A DNA stretch of 64,000 nucleotides from the NCBI RefSeq assembly GCF_037042905.1, contig NC_087245.1, positions 14,014,001-14,078,000 of the forward strand, given 5' to 3'. The notes under the pieces are model-generated. The model did not search any database, was not told the origin of the DNA, and saw nothing but the letters and a program-made list of their open reading frames with translations. This DNA is from Lytechinus pictus. Its lineage: Eukaryota. Position numbers and translations under genes: made by a program. Within the stretch, counting starts at the first letter, position 1. Each line of letters opens with the position of its first letter. Shown here piece by piece: positions 27,636-40,656 of this stretch.

Positions 27636-28255
27636 ATAGAGTACATGTACTGCAAAGGGTGGTCAACTATAGATGAATGAAGACCCTATATAATAGATTT
27701 ACGAAGGAATAGCCCAAAGAAATGACACCAACTAATTATGAAATCATTATTATTATTATTTTTTTTATTATGAAATTATTTAGAGGACAGGCATGTGTTA
27801 TCCTAAGAGTGCATTGATTGGTTGTTTCTAACATGATGTTTGGCTGAGACCATCACTGATTCAATCTGAGAAGTCTGAACCCGCTGTTATTATGATAACT
27901 TCACCAATTTTTGCAGGGACAACAGATTCTTACAAGTCCTGTTGGTATTGAAAGGACAAAAAAGCAGAAATTGGAATATTAAGAGTTTCATTAGGTCAAG
28001 GAGTCAAAGCTCTTTGAGTTTTTGTTATGAATGGTGAAAATTGAACATTCATCATGAAGGAAAGATTAATGTATGATATTTTTTTATTTTCCATTTATGG
28101 GAGCAGAAACTTTTGAGTGCTAATTTAATACCATCAAATGATATCGCACAAGGTTTGCCTAAGTGATTTTTAGATTAATATGTCGTCCTTCTAGGTTTAC
28201 ATGTATTGCTAATGCCCTAATATGAAACATGCACGGATTTAAATACAGGAAGATC

Positions 28256-28440
28256 TAACAAATTTGCAGGAATGATACTGTTAATACAGGCATAGTCTTC
28301 ATGCACTTGTCATGTTTCAATAGTCCAGCTCCCTTGTTTGATATGAAATTCATATCAAACAAGGGAGCTGGACTATTGAAACATGACAAGTGCATGAAGA
28401 CTATGCCTGTATTAACAGTATCATTCCTGCAAATTTGTTA
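28256..28440. repeat. Near-perfect 185-bp fold-back palindrome
   Basis: Arms of ~92 bp, 1-nt centre, one 1-nt indel. Confidence 0.95.
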
Positions 28441-30827
28441 TTATGAATGCAATGTGAATTCAGGCATTTGCAATAAATGAAAGATGGATTGTGGTTTCCA
28501 ATTCAATCTGATTTCTACAAAAGGGACAAAGTAAACTGAGAAATGGTTCAAAGGGGATCAAAATTATCATTTGTTAAGGTTGATGTGACAGAAGAGGGGC
28601 AGTGCTCTCTATCCAGCCCCTCCAATGTATTCAATGGACCAACAAAGGCTGGATCTGAGATGCATCAACTTATCAAAAGTTTATACCATCACTTTGTACT
28701 TTCACACTCGCCCAATCACAAATATACCTTGCATTGTGCCAAGGAATCAATGAAAGAATATACCTGTACAGTAGGTGATTTTCATATATTTGAGAACTTT
28801 TTTTTTTTAAAAACAGATTTTTACATGTATTTACCAAGGTTGCAGTGATATTTGCATTGGAAAAGAAAGAACTTTTGATTTGAGGTAGAAAGAAAGTTCA
28901 TCATTTTATACTATAAGAGTATGAGCTTTACTAGTCCAGGCAAATGTGAAAGCAGAAAATTATCAGAATATGAAATTTTGAGGTCTGATAGAGTCTTGTT
29001 AGATGTAATTTAGGGCATTTTTGTGATTTTGGGCAGGTGTGAATGTACTTTCTGGGATCTTTTGATTGAAAAAGCCTTGGAAGCTGAGCTTTATATCACT
29101 GAATTGTGGTTGATTTTTACAATCGTTCTTGAGAGGAACTTCTTTAACCCCTTTGGGTGGTAAAAATGCTGTTGATTTGGTATGAAAGAGATGCCCTTTG
29201 TTGAGAGAATAAGATACAATGGGCTATTATAGAGGTCGGGATGAAGAATCATTGACTGCATTGTTACAGCTTTCCCATCCATTCATTGATACGGAATAAT
29301 TCATGTGTTAGTGATAGAAGGGCATTAACCCATGTCATTAATACAGTATTAATGCCCTTTAAGATCTTACCATATAATAGATATATATGCTTGGCTTGTT
29401 AGATTGATAAAGACCCATCTTTTATATAAAGCCACAGGTAGTGGTACATTTTGTGCCCCCTATTGATATAGGCCATACCCCTTTTTTTACAAACAATTTC
29501 AAATAGAGTTCCATAGGTATTTTATATTTGTAGATTATTAATTCATTTGATTCAATTAGATTATTATCATATAATCATCATCAATCAGCAGCAGCAGCAG
29601 CAGCATCATTATCATCACCATCATCATCATGATAATGATCATCATCATTGATTTCATATAATTCCTTCCAATTTCTTTTCAGATTTCTAATTTCTTTTTT
29701 ATGAATATGATTCTAAATTCTTATTTCTAATATCATTTAATGTCAAAATTCTGATTTGTAATAATAAGCCAATTTATGTTTGATCATTGTTATTTACATT
29801 TGTTATGTACATATAGACATAATTATCTTGGTACCTAGGATTGGTTTAAAGTGATACACTGCTCTTTGTTTTTTTTTAGCTCCCAACATTCTATGCTTAT
29901 TTTTTTTTTGTATCTAATTAAACTCAGAAACTAATTTTATCATCATTTCCTTTATTCTTATTGATCTAGCTATTTTTCTTACTTTCTTTTTGTTATTCTA
30001 GTTTATCTCCTTTGTCTTTTCGTCTCTGTATTTCCTTTCCATTTTAATTTTCATTATTTTTTTGCTTATTCTCCACCCCCTTGTTTGCCTTCTTCCTCTT
30101 TCCCTTCTCTTTCTCACTCATCTCTAATCTTTTACAATGATCATTTCTTCTCACAAATTTTCTTCTTTTAACAAGCTACATTAATTTTCTAGATCAATTT
30201 TAGATATGTCTAAAGATTTTATTTTGGAGATTATTTTGTATCACAAGATCTCTGGCATACAATTTTCATTCTGAGGCTCCATACTGTAAGGGTTGATGAT
30301 ACATGTATGGCTGCTGGCACCCACTCGCCCATTAGAAGGATCCATCTAGACAAAAAAACCCAAAACAAATTATGATTTTAATCATAAACTCCAAATGTTT
30401 ATTGGTTGTACGAGACAGACGTGCTCTGAATAATTTCCAATTTCTGAAATTGTTGTGACTCCATGTACAATGTAGTTTAGTTTTCACGTCAGGAGCATCA
30501 AATGGCATGATTGTTGTATAGTGATTGTCCATCATAACAAATCCCAAGAAAAACAAAATTATTTTAATACTCAACAAATAATTTATGGAAGAGTAAGAGT
30601 GCATTGGAAAAAAAAAAAAACACAGAAGAGCTTCAATTTTCTGCATCTTGTCAAGACTCACAAATTTCAAATTTATCTATGAATTAGTGCTAATTTATGA
30701 TTTTCACATCCCAAGTAATCCTCTACCAGAATACCTAGATATATTTCATATGAGCGCAGCTGATAACCTAATGTATCTATGTGAAGCTAACAATGAAACA
30801 TGATATCTGGGAATCTGGGTATCAATA

Positions 30828-31702
30828 GGGCCGTCTGCACCATCCCGAGTTTTCAAATTAGCGCGCTATTTCTGATCCGGCAAATTATCCCGATCTGAAA
30901 AATCTCGAGATAGTTGGCGGTGCAGACGCAATTATCGCGCTAGTTCGTAGGATTAATCTCGAGATTGCAATCCCAAGTCAACTCGGGTTTATTTGCAAAA
31001 TAGCGCGCTATTTTACGAATTATCCCGCTAATTCGTCGGTGCAGACGCACTCGAGATTGGACTCGGGGTAATTTATTCATGACGTCAGTCCATAATGCAA
31101 TTCGCGTTCCACTTCCGCCTTGGTCAAAACATAAACACGTGCGAAAGTCAACTTTATACATGCGAATAGCGTTCATAAGCAACGATGGTGTCCCACCAGT
31201 GAATGGATTTTGGGAGCGACCAGACCGTAGGGGGAGGCGCTCATCGACGATGGTCATATTCAATAACAACACTGACAGCAGTGTTGTCTTATTCCTTCGA
31301 AAAATGTGAGCAAATAGCATTTCTTTCCTCCTTCTCTCCCTCTCTCTCTCTCTGTCGTTGCCTCCTACTCCGCCATCATATTTAACGAAGAATACATCAC
31401 TTCTTCACTCGCTGAGCTGAGAGGATTGTTGCATAACACCGGTTGAATTCGGCGAAAGTGCTAGTGAAAGGAGTACATTGCTTGCATATCGCGGGAAGTT
31501 ATTCAAAAGCGCGGGCCGTTGAAACTCCAAGATCCGAAAGTGCGCATGCTCGTAATATCGGGCTTGTTGCCTCGCTCGAGCAGGAATCGCTCTTCGTGGG
31601 ATGGTGCAGACGGGGTTTCTTGAATCTCGAGATTAATCGCGAAGAGGGCTGATCGGGCTAAAATCTCGAGATTGAGCAAACTCGGGATGGTGCAGCACCG
31701 CC
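30828..31702. mobile_element. CpG-rich non-autonomous PIF/Harbinger-like transposon
   Basis: TIR core TGCACCATCCCGAGTTT / AAACTCGGGATGGTGCA; subterminal TGCAGACG repeats; possible transposase relic inside. Confidence 0.8.
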
Positions 31703-34280
31703 TAATGAGTTGTTTATATTGTATGAGGAAATTGATTTCTAAGATGAGGATATTTATGTTTTTAAAGAAAGGATGTTTAATTTGTTATATATGCACTTGA
31801 TGTGATACCAAAGTTGTGGCTTCTAAGATTGCTTTTTATCTTTGCTGATAAAGACTATGTATATTCACCTACATAGTCATATCTGCATATTCAGATTGAC
31901 AAAGCGATGCTTACATTTATAATGTTCAATTACAGTGGGGGTGGGGGAAGTCATATTTAACTTTGCCTCTCATTTGATATTTATTCATCTTGATGAAGAA
32001 AAAAGTAGAAACTATGTTCATCTGCTGCTCAAATATTGTATTTCACAAATTTGTAAATTCACCTATCCATCCTGTGCTGCTGTATAATATGCACATGGTA
32101 CATGTATCTATGTGAAGCTAACAATGAAACATGATATCTGGGAATCTGGATAATGATGATTATTATAGCAACAACAACTATAACAATAACAATAATAATA
32201 ACAATAGTAATTATTATTATAATAATAATTGTGGTCTTAGTACCATTAGAAGCATTTAACTTCAAGTTTGCCTACAGTGCATTCATTAGTTAGCAGGGTG
32301 ACTTTGACATGAAACAAAGCACGTTTCCACCTGGAGCACTATATGAAATCTGAAACGTCTTTGTCTCAAGCACAGATCTCAAAGCGTTATGAATGAAATT
32401 GGCCCTTGTTCACACTTGCCTTTCTTCACACAGGAAGTATTTGACAATAATATGAGATGAGATAAAGATGATGTAAGTTTGTGATTCATTTACACGTTGA
32501 AAGATGGCATGTGGGAATGCATTATTTGACAGGGTGCATCTGTTTTGTTAGAGAGATATGATTTCATATGCTGTTCTCTCTGTTGAAGATGGCATGTCAT
32601 GCTGGCTTGCTTGGCTTGCTAGGGTACATAGATCCTGTTACATGGATGCTTGCTGAGATGGAGAGAAAGAGTGGAAGAAAGAAAGAGAGAGAGAGAGAGA
32701 GGTGGATGGGTGAGAGATGGGGATGTTGAGAAAGAAAGAAGCTACAGTAAGAAAAAATAGAAAAAAAAAATAAATAGAGATAATCAGAAAGAAAAATTTA
32801 TTGAAATAGGAAAATGAGGAGGAGGATCAAATGAAAAGAGCAGAAGAGATAGAGGGAAAGAAAGAAAGCAGTGAAAAAATATATCTAGACAGTGAAAGAG
32901 AAAATGATAAAGAATAATTATCTAAAGCTGGGTGGATGGGGAGAGGGGAGGGGTTGTTGAGATGCATTTCAAATGTGGAGGTGTTTTGGTCAAGTCTGCA
33001 TGAAAAGTTTATTAAGTTTTCAATCATAACAAATGGGAATATTTAAAATGATTCAAATAGTATATTGCATTTGAAAGAGGATGTTAAAGATAAAACTGGG
33101 TGTAGCAGTCACTGTGAAATTCATGACATGGGATAATGCCTTATGACTGCCTAATACATGTAATCCTGAACTCATTTATATATTTTGAATTTGGTTTGAA
33201 ACAAATATTGGTGACAAATCCATCTTCATTAAAACTCGAGGATTTGTAAATTGTGTATTGTAAATGTAATCCATTTTTTATGGATATGGTATGAATGGGG
33301 TATGGGGGAGGGGGTGGGCATACCAGACTGCATGTTCAAATTGTTGCATCATGGGTAAAGGATCCAGGAACTACTTATATTAGAGCAGTTAAGGTCTTGA
33401 GCTTGTGTTATTCAAAGTGATGGCTTATAGGCTTTAACAAATGTTTTAATATTTTATAACAAAGCAAACAGAGAAGTCGACAAATGAATGATGAATTATG
33501 TATTGTGATGGAGATTTCTGCACGTACACCCAATGAAACCTTGCCATTCATTCCCCTATTCCAGGTCTTTTGGAAAACATTTCATGTTGTTCCATCAATC
33601 TTCCATGCTTATGTACAAAGTCATAACATGCTGACATACACATCACTTTGCATGGTATCGCCAGCACAGGAAAATAAATCAGCTTTGATTTGTACCTGCA
33701 GAGTAACAGCAAGCTTGAATATTTCTGCTAAATTGACAACCATAATGCCCCAATGAAAAAAGGGAGTACTGGGTCGAATATGAGTCCTACGTGCTGATGG
33801 TGTTGGATCTCACATTGTATGCATATTTCAAAGTGAATCGCAAAATTTGTATTAAAATTTTCACATAAAGACTATCAATTTAATGTCTTTCCAGGACTGA
33901 TATGAAAATGTTCTTTGTAACATGTTATCTAATCAGAAAATGCATTACAACTACATCAAAATTCACTTATGAATATTAACGTTTTGATACATGTCTCATT
34001 ATTTGTGTGCTGACTAGTTGACATGCCTAGCAAGCTTTCAGATTGTCAGAACGGCATTTGTAGGCCTATTAAAGTATTATGCCTATATAAGTTTAATCAG
34101 TTGAATTCAATGGTAATAGAATAACTTCAATAATGACAAACATCAAGTGAAGTATTATGTGAAATCTGATGTATACATTTGCCTATGATGATTTCAGAAC
34201 CTACATGTATATGGCAGCCAACCTACAATGATGATATCAAACACTATAGTTTGTAAATATAGAACACTATAGTTCAGTTA

Positions 34281-34550
34281 GACTGGTGTGTTGGCTCAGT
34301 TGGTAGAGCGTCCATCTCACAACCAAGAGGTAAGGGGTTCAAACTCCAGCCACGCCAGACCAATAGATGTTAAAAGATCAGAGTTGCCGCTACCCTGTTT
34401 GGCGTTCAACAATTAGAGGGATAGAGCCTCGTCGATCTGGCACTGCACAGCGGCTGCTGGGCCCACAATCAATTGGGCAAAACAAATTTTTGGAGCATTT
34501 CATTTCTGATGGCTATTTTGAACTATGAAATATAAAATATGGATTTATAT
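34281..34550 (+). mobile_element. tRNA-derived SINE
   Basis: Box A TGGCTCAGTTGG, box B GGTTCAAAC, then a non-tRNA body and AT-rich tail. Confidence 0.75.
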
Positions 34551-34746
34551 CATGACCCTAATAGATAACATTGTTAAAAATCTCATTCTGTGTCCTTTCC
34601 CCATTTCAGCATGTACAAAATAATTAAATATGCAGAGAAGGGAATGAATTATCTGCTTATTGCCCAGAATGATTTACTATTATTATCTAATATTAAACAC
34701 TTCGCTATTCATTCATAATTTGTGTGTTTTGTTTTTAAATTTCCAG

Positions 34747-34837
34747 TGATGAGGCTCGGGATCTTGGATTCACCGTGATCATTGATATGAGAGGCTCGAC
34801 ATGGACCAACATAAAACCTGTCCTTAAAGCTTTACAG
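34747..34837 (+). CDS. TRIO: Trio/Kalirin-like exon C (SEC14)
   Basis: tttccAG|...CAG|GTgaga; 91 nt, phase 2-0; DEARDLGFTVIIDMRGSTWTNIKPVLKALQ. Confidence 0.96.
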
Positions 34838-35379
34838 GTGAGATACTAGATTTATAGTGCATAAGGATGTAGTTTAGTCAGCAGTCATGCCAAAAATTTC
34901 TCATTTTAGTGTCTGATGGCAAAATACTGTCGTCTCTGTTGTCTACATAAATGGAGGCCACCAAATTATGTTTGATGGCCACCACAGTGGATAGTCTTGC
35001 AATGTTGGATGGCGATCAACTTGTACACATGCATGGAGATCAGTTGTGTCGACTGCAGTGAAATAGCGTGCATTTAATGTGTTGAATGGCTCCTTAAGTT
35101 TACAGGAGACACCATATAGACTTGAAGTTGGACAAGAAAATGAAGAAATATGACACACTTATCCAACTTCCATGGTTCAATTTTATTGATAATTTTAAGG
35201 TTTAACTTTGAATCTCAGTATTGTGAGGAAGCTGAAATAAAGATATTTTCTGTGAACAAATATTATTGCATACTGCTCAGTATGTTTACATTTCATATAT
35301 TGTTATTTCTAGTCTAGAGGCTAGACACTCTGACTCTGACTGTTTCAATGATTTCTTCCCTCTTCTTTTGTTATAATAG

Positions 35380-35481
35380 GAATGTGTTCCTGACAACATT
35401 CACATGGTGTACATCATCAAGCCAGAGAAGTTTTGGCAGAAGCAGCGGACCAGCATGGGTAGCTCTAAGCTCAAGTTTGAG
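35380..35481 (+). CDS. TRIO: Trio/Kalirin-like exon D (SEC14)
   Basis: ataatAG|...GAG|GTatat; 102 nt, phase 0-0; ECVPDNIHMVYIIKPEKFWQKQRTSMGSSKLKFE. Confidence 0.96.
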
Positions 35482-36474
35482 GTATATATATTCAGAACTC
35501 AGTTCATTCACAAACCTATGGAAAAGTATTTTGGATGATCTGTGTTATTAAGTAGCCATTTGTAATGAAAAAAAAAACCCAAATAGAGGAATTAGTTTCA
35601 TCTGGCAAGGAAGTATACATAAGTTTAAGAAGCTACAAATTCAATTTAGAGGTTGGGAAAATATCTTGTATCTATGGAAAGTTTTTGTGACATATTAATC
35701 AATGAGCTACATGTATGAAATGGCCAATCATATGATCCATGGAATGCCAGTTGTAAACCTGTGCAACTTATTTCAAGCAAACTAACCTTTAAATTCATAA
35801 CTATATTGTTTGTTCATATTGTCTGAGCTTTCAAGTTATCACAGTATTAGGTGTCTAGCATTCTTTCAGAAAGATGCTGCATATATCCACTTGATAGTGT
35901 CATTATTATTGTTAATTTGTAAAATATTTAAATAGAGCTTGGCAGTTGGTAGTCGGTAAACAAGTTTAAGTTATCTGGTTAAGTTATCACCCTAATTTGT
36001 TAACAACCGGTCTACATCTGAACTAAAAGTGGTTAATTCAGCCCTATGCTAAAAAGTTAAATCTCACTGGTAACCCCTTTCTTTGTAGTTGCAATGTATA
36101 ATATTGTATTGGATTTTCAAAAGCTTCCAAATGAATGAGACAGAACAAAATTTTAGATGAATTGCATAAGAGGCACGTGGCTCAACTGACTCATAAAAGC
36201 GGCAATAATTGTTTTCATGACTTGACTAAAGTGTTTTCAATCGTGAATCCCGCCCACTCTTGCTCATTACTGCAGGAATGCATATAAAGTCATGACAACA
36301 TAAAGCAAACATTGCGATGGTCTATAATTGGGCGACCTTGGTGTTTTGGTTTTGAATTGTACTAGGGGTGTTTGTTTTATTATCATGAGTGTGTAAATAA
36401 TCTATTCTAGTCAGTGTTGATTTGAGCCATTGTTTGCTCATAAATGAACAGCAGCAAGGAAAATTGAATGTGTG

Positions 36475-36941
36475 TATGGCAAGTTCCCCCAAGTCTGCGC
36501 AGTCCCCCTTGTCTGCGCACACGCGTATCTGCACGATACTAGTAAAAGAAGATATGCAACGAGCACGAACTTTACACATGCAATGCATAGACATGTATTC
36601 CTAAAAAATCTGACTCAAAATGGTGGAAAATAATGAATTTAGGGCATTTCATGTTACGACCTCAAAATGCAGCCTTTCTCATCAAATTCCCTGAATCGTG
36701 TGCAAAGTGAATGAGTGCGCAGACATGGGGTACCATTTTTTTTTCAATCTGAAAATGACTGCCCGAGGTTTTTTCAAGAAAATCCTATATTTTCTTTCAT
36801 TTTTTAATGAGAAATTTGGTACACTTACTCTTGATAATATAAGGAACATTATTAACTGAAAGATTTTGTGAAATATGAATAAATTCATGTTAAATCTTAA
36901 CTCAAATTGTTAGGTGCGCAGACTTGGGGCCCACCATCATA
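36475..36941. mobile_element. MITE (possibly Tc1/pogo-like)
   Basis: Inverted CCCCAAGTCTGCGCA / TGCGCAGACTTGGGG. Confidence 0.65.
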
Positions 36942-37649
36942 CATGGACAGAGAGCTGGACTGTGATTGTACGCAGAAATCAAGTCACCTCATGTGCTCAT
37001 GAATCGCTTGTGAATTTAGATTTTCAAAAATATGTTAATATGAAAAAAATGAAATAAAAAATTGAAGCTTTTGCATGAATTATATTTTCAAAAATATTTC
37101 CAAGACAATATTTTTATTTTATGATAGACAATATTATTAAACATTAAATTGGTAGAGTTTTTCACAGATATTATGCTAGCAACTGAGTTACATGCATAAA
37201 AAGTGCATGGATTTTAGCATAAATAAAACCATATCACAGTTTGTTTTAATGCAATGATTCCTTCTATTAGTTCCCTATTTTAGCTGATAATATAAAAAAT
37301 TGTAAACATGTAGATTATAAAACATTGCATTTCTTTTTTTCTTCAAAAACTTGTTAAAAAATGCTGTGATAAACAACTTTTACAATGTGTCTTATTCATA
37401 AAAGGTGTAAAACATAAAAAGAGGTTACCTCCCTATGTTTTTTTTTTAATGTTTATATGTACCTTACATCAACAGAAAATATATAATTGGATCAGATTCA
37501 GCATACATGCATGCTTAAAAAAACATCGAGGGACAATATTAAGCAAGGAAGAGATTTGAACCAGAGGGAGTCAAAACCAGAAGAGGTGCATATAAATCCT
37601 TTATATGATTTGGGTGATTCTGTTATTTTTCTTTTGCATGAATTTTCAG

Positions 37650-37763
37650 ACGACAATGATATCATCCGAGAACTTGGTTAAGTTGGTGGATCCAGCTCAG
37701 CTGACGGTGGACATGGAGGGTACTATGCATTATGATCATGAGGAATGGCTACAGCTCAGATTG
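37650..37763 (+). CDS. TRIO: Trio/Kalirin-like exon E (end of SEC14)
   Basis: ttttcAG|...TTG|GTaaat; 114 nt; TTMISSENLVKLVDPAQLTVDMEGTMHYDHEEWLQLRL. Confidence 0.95.
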
Positions 37764-39032
37764 GTAAATAAAGCAAGACAATGGTCTATGATTCAAGCCA
37801 AATTATGGTTTGAATCTTTGGACAAGCTTATATTTGGGTAGTATTAGGAGTAGAAGTAATCCAAAATTAGAATCTGGTTTTGTTGCTATGGGCTGGGATG
37901 GCCAGGTTTACCTCACGCATGCAGCAATCCTGCAAGTTTGCACAATTCAGTACACCTTGAACCGAACCCTCATAATCAAACTTCTCAAACCGCTTCTTTC
38001 ATATCTTCTTTGATGGACTGGTTAGATATTGTTAGGCTCCTCAAGCCCTCCCGTGTTCTTTTCTTTTGCCTAAGACCTTTAGTTCTTTGCCTTGGCCTGG
38101 GAGTTATAAAGTCCTTGGCCTTAAGGCCCTTGGTTTAGGTCTTCTGCTGTCAGGTCTTAGCCTTGTCCTTTGCTTTGAATTTTTTGCCCTTCGGATAACA
38201 CTGATAGTCAAACAGCACACAAATCTTGATAGCGAATGTTCAATATATCAGCAGATACAGTACTCAAACTATCAAAAACCCACTGCGAATGATAAGTATA
38301 GTAGTATATTCGTTTTTGCCATAGAAACCTGACTCTAAGGACTGCCTCATTAAGCTATTGCAAATTTTACTGAACTTTACAAACGACCAAGTCAAAAACG
38401 CCTTTCCAAAAGCCGTTAGAAACAGAAATATTTTTCTATTTTGACAACCATTTTATGGGGGGGAAATTTAAATTACCGCCAGTTTTACAAAAACGTAATA
38501 TCTCATTCCTAGACTGACATATGGTATGCCTAGTGGGTCTCTTAATCATGTATTCAATCATATAAAGCTTAAAGTAATATATGCTGATCGAAATACTATT
38601 TACTCACAATATTTTTGCAAAATACATTATTTGCCACAAATGAGATTATAATAAAAAAAATCAAACTGTGTTAATCCATTAAACATAATTTGATTTGAGT
38701 ATAATACACATTTTTCTTAAACATTAGGCTAAGTGATCTCAGGCACAGAGCTCATTGTTTTGGGATACAAGGAAAAGTTTGACTGACATTTTGGCACTCC
38801 ATAGTCCATTTTTCCTAAACTTCATGATCTGCTGTATTGCACAAATAGAATTCCAATGTGAGAATGAAACAGTCAAGAAAACAAAGACAAAATTCTCTTA
38901 TTTGACCACTCTAAAGTCAAACTCTGAATTCAAGTCATGAGTTTAACATGTAGGTCATCACCTAAAGTAACTTTCTTCATCTACACAACCCTTCTTCAAG
39001 ACTTCCAATTTTTATATTCAACCCTCTTACAG

Positions 39033-39232
39033 GCCCTGGAGGATTTCATCTGTAAAGCTGTGGACATGATGCAACATCAGGAACAGATCACACTGGAACT
39101 CGGTTGCATGAACTTTGCCATGGACATAGAGGGCGCACAATCTTCTCTGCAGGATCATGAGATGTTGAGGCGGAGCATACAACAGATGCCTGTAGAGGCT
39201 GTCAACCAGGAAGGACAGAAAGTACTAAGAAG
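39033..39232 (+). CDS. TRIO: Trio/Kalirin-like exon F (spectrin repeat)
   Basis: ctcttacAG|...AAG|GTaggt; 200 nt, phase 0-2; ALEDFICKAVDMMQHQEQ...DHEMLRRSIQQMPVEAVNQEGQKVLR. Confidence 0.93.
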
Positions 39233-39895
39233 GTAGGTTTGGAATGCATTGGCTGTAATTTCTATATGAACATAGCAGGCACTCTATCATCTCTACAGGA
39301 TCATGAGATGATGAGACACAGCATACAGCAGATGCCTGTAGAGGCTGTCAACCAGGAGGGACAAAAAGTATTAAGAAAGTAGGTTTTGGATGCATTGGCA
39401 CTAATTTTGATATGAACATAGTGGGTACTCAATCCTCTCATCAGGATCATGAGATGTTAAGACGGAGCATAGAGCTGGGGCCCCGTTTCAGAAAAGACTT
39501 GCAACTGTTGTAACTTTGCTATTATGGCAACTACCATGGAAACCTTGATTCTGATTGGCTGCTGAGCCCTGTTACCATGGTAGTTGCCATTATGGGAAAG
39601 TTACAACAGTTGCAAGTCCTTTATGAAAAAGGCCCCAGAGGTCTGTAGAGGCTGTCATCCAGGAGGGACAGACAGTCCTCTCTGCAGGATCATGAGATGT
39701 TAAGACGGAGCATACAGCAGATGCCTGTAGAGGCTGTCAACCAGGTAGGACAGAGAGTACTAGCAAGGTATTGGTATATGACCATTTGCAGTAATTTTTG
39801 CCATGGACATAGAGGACACTCTATCTTGTCTGCAAAATCTAGCAGGTGCTTGTTATGTAGAGGCTGTTACCCTGAAGGGATAGAAAGTAATTGGT
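39110..39895 (+). repeat. Tandem ~146-bp duplications of the 3' half of exon F plus intron start (about 5 copies, one interrupted by a MITE)
   Basis: GATCATGAG unit starts at 39153, 39299, 39445 and 39688; degenerate copy at about 39790-39895. Confidence 0.9.
39475..39638. mobile_element. Palindromic PIF/Harbinger-like MITE interrupting exon-F duplicate copy 3
   Basis: CTG-GGGCCCCGTTTCAGAAAAGACTTGCAACTGTTGTAACTT...AAGTTACAACAGTTGCAAGTCCTTTATGAAAAAGGCCC-CAG. Confidence 0.8.
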
Positions 39896-39902
39896 TTGGC
39901 TT

Positions 39903-40656
39903 TTAACCCGAAGAAGACTGGGGGGCGGATTCAACCCCTCAACATTTTTCATGATAAATCCGCCGCACAAAATTTTATGACCGCCTCGCTCACGAACTTT
40001 TACTCTCAAGTCTTGCTTTACTTTTGAGACCAAAATCGCGACCCCCTGGTACATGGTTCTGAAATAACACGACATTTTGTAAGGGCGTACAGACCCGAAA
40101 TTGCTCAAAAAGGTGAATTCGTGTACAAATCCATTGCAAATAGTGTTTTTAGCCAAAATTCATATATGTATCATTATTTTCCTTTTACTGATTAAAATCA
40201 ATTAATTCCATTTTGTTTATGGTCATAATAAAATCCCTGACAATTTCCATTGGAAAAACAGTAAAAACAAAAATTGAAAATAAAAGAAATACATAAGAAA
40301 TTTAGAAAACAATAAAATAGATCAGAAAATAACTGTGATGTTGAAATCGTTTTTAAGTATACTTGATCAGATCCCTATAAAGAGTCTGTATACCAAAAAT
40401 ATAGCATTTTGGGGCATTATTTAAGTTAATTAGGGCAAACTTTTGATTTGCGCATAAGTTAGCACAATTAATTAGCAGTGAGATTTTTCACAGAATTTGA
40501 TCCTATAGTTTTGTAGATTATGCCATGGGTAACTGGCGTGCCAATTTTTGTTGCGATTGCGCGATTGACGGCCAAGATCATAATGCTCATCGACGGCCCC
40601 CCCCCCCCCCCCCCCCCCGTCTTTTTAGGCAACGAAATAGCCCAGTCTAGGGTTAA
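39903..40656. mobile_element. piggyBac-like non-autonomous element
   Basis: TTAA-CCC...AGACTGGG / CCCAGTCT-AGGG-TTAA termini. Confidence 0.65.

Noticed and set aside
34281..34360. tRNA gene (also 47320-47393 on the minus strand)
   Set aside because: A and B boxes are present, but there is no convincing cloverleaf and the sequence continues into a SINE body and tail
39110..39895. CRISPR-like or regularly spaced repeat array
   Set aside because: The whole unit is duplicated with no unique spacers, and it derives from a Trio exon in a eukaryotic intron
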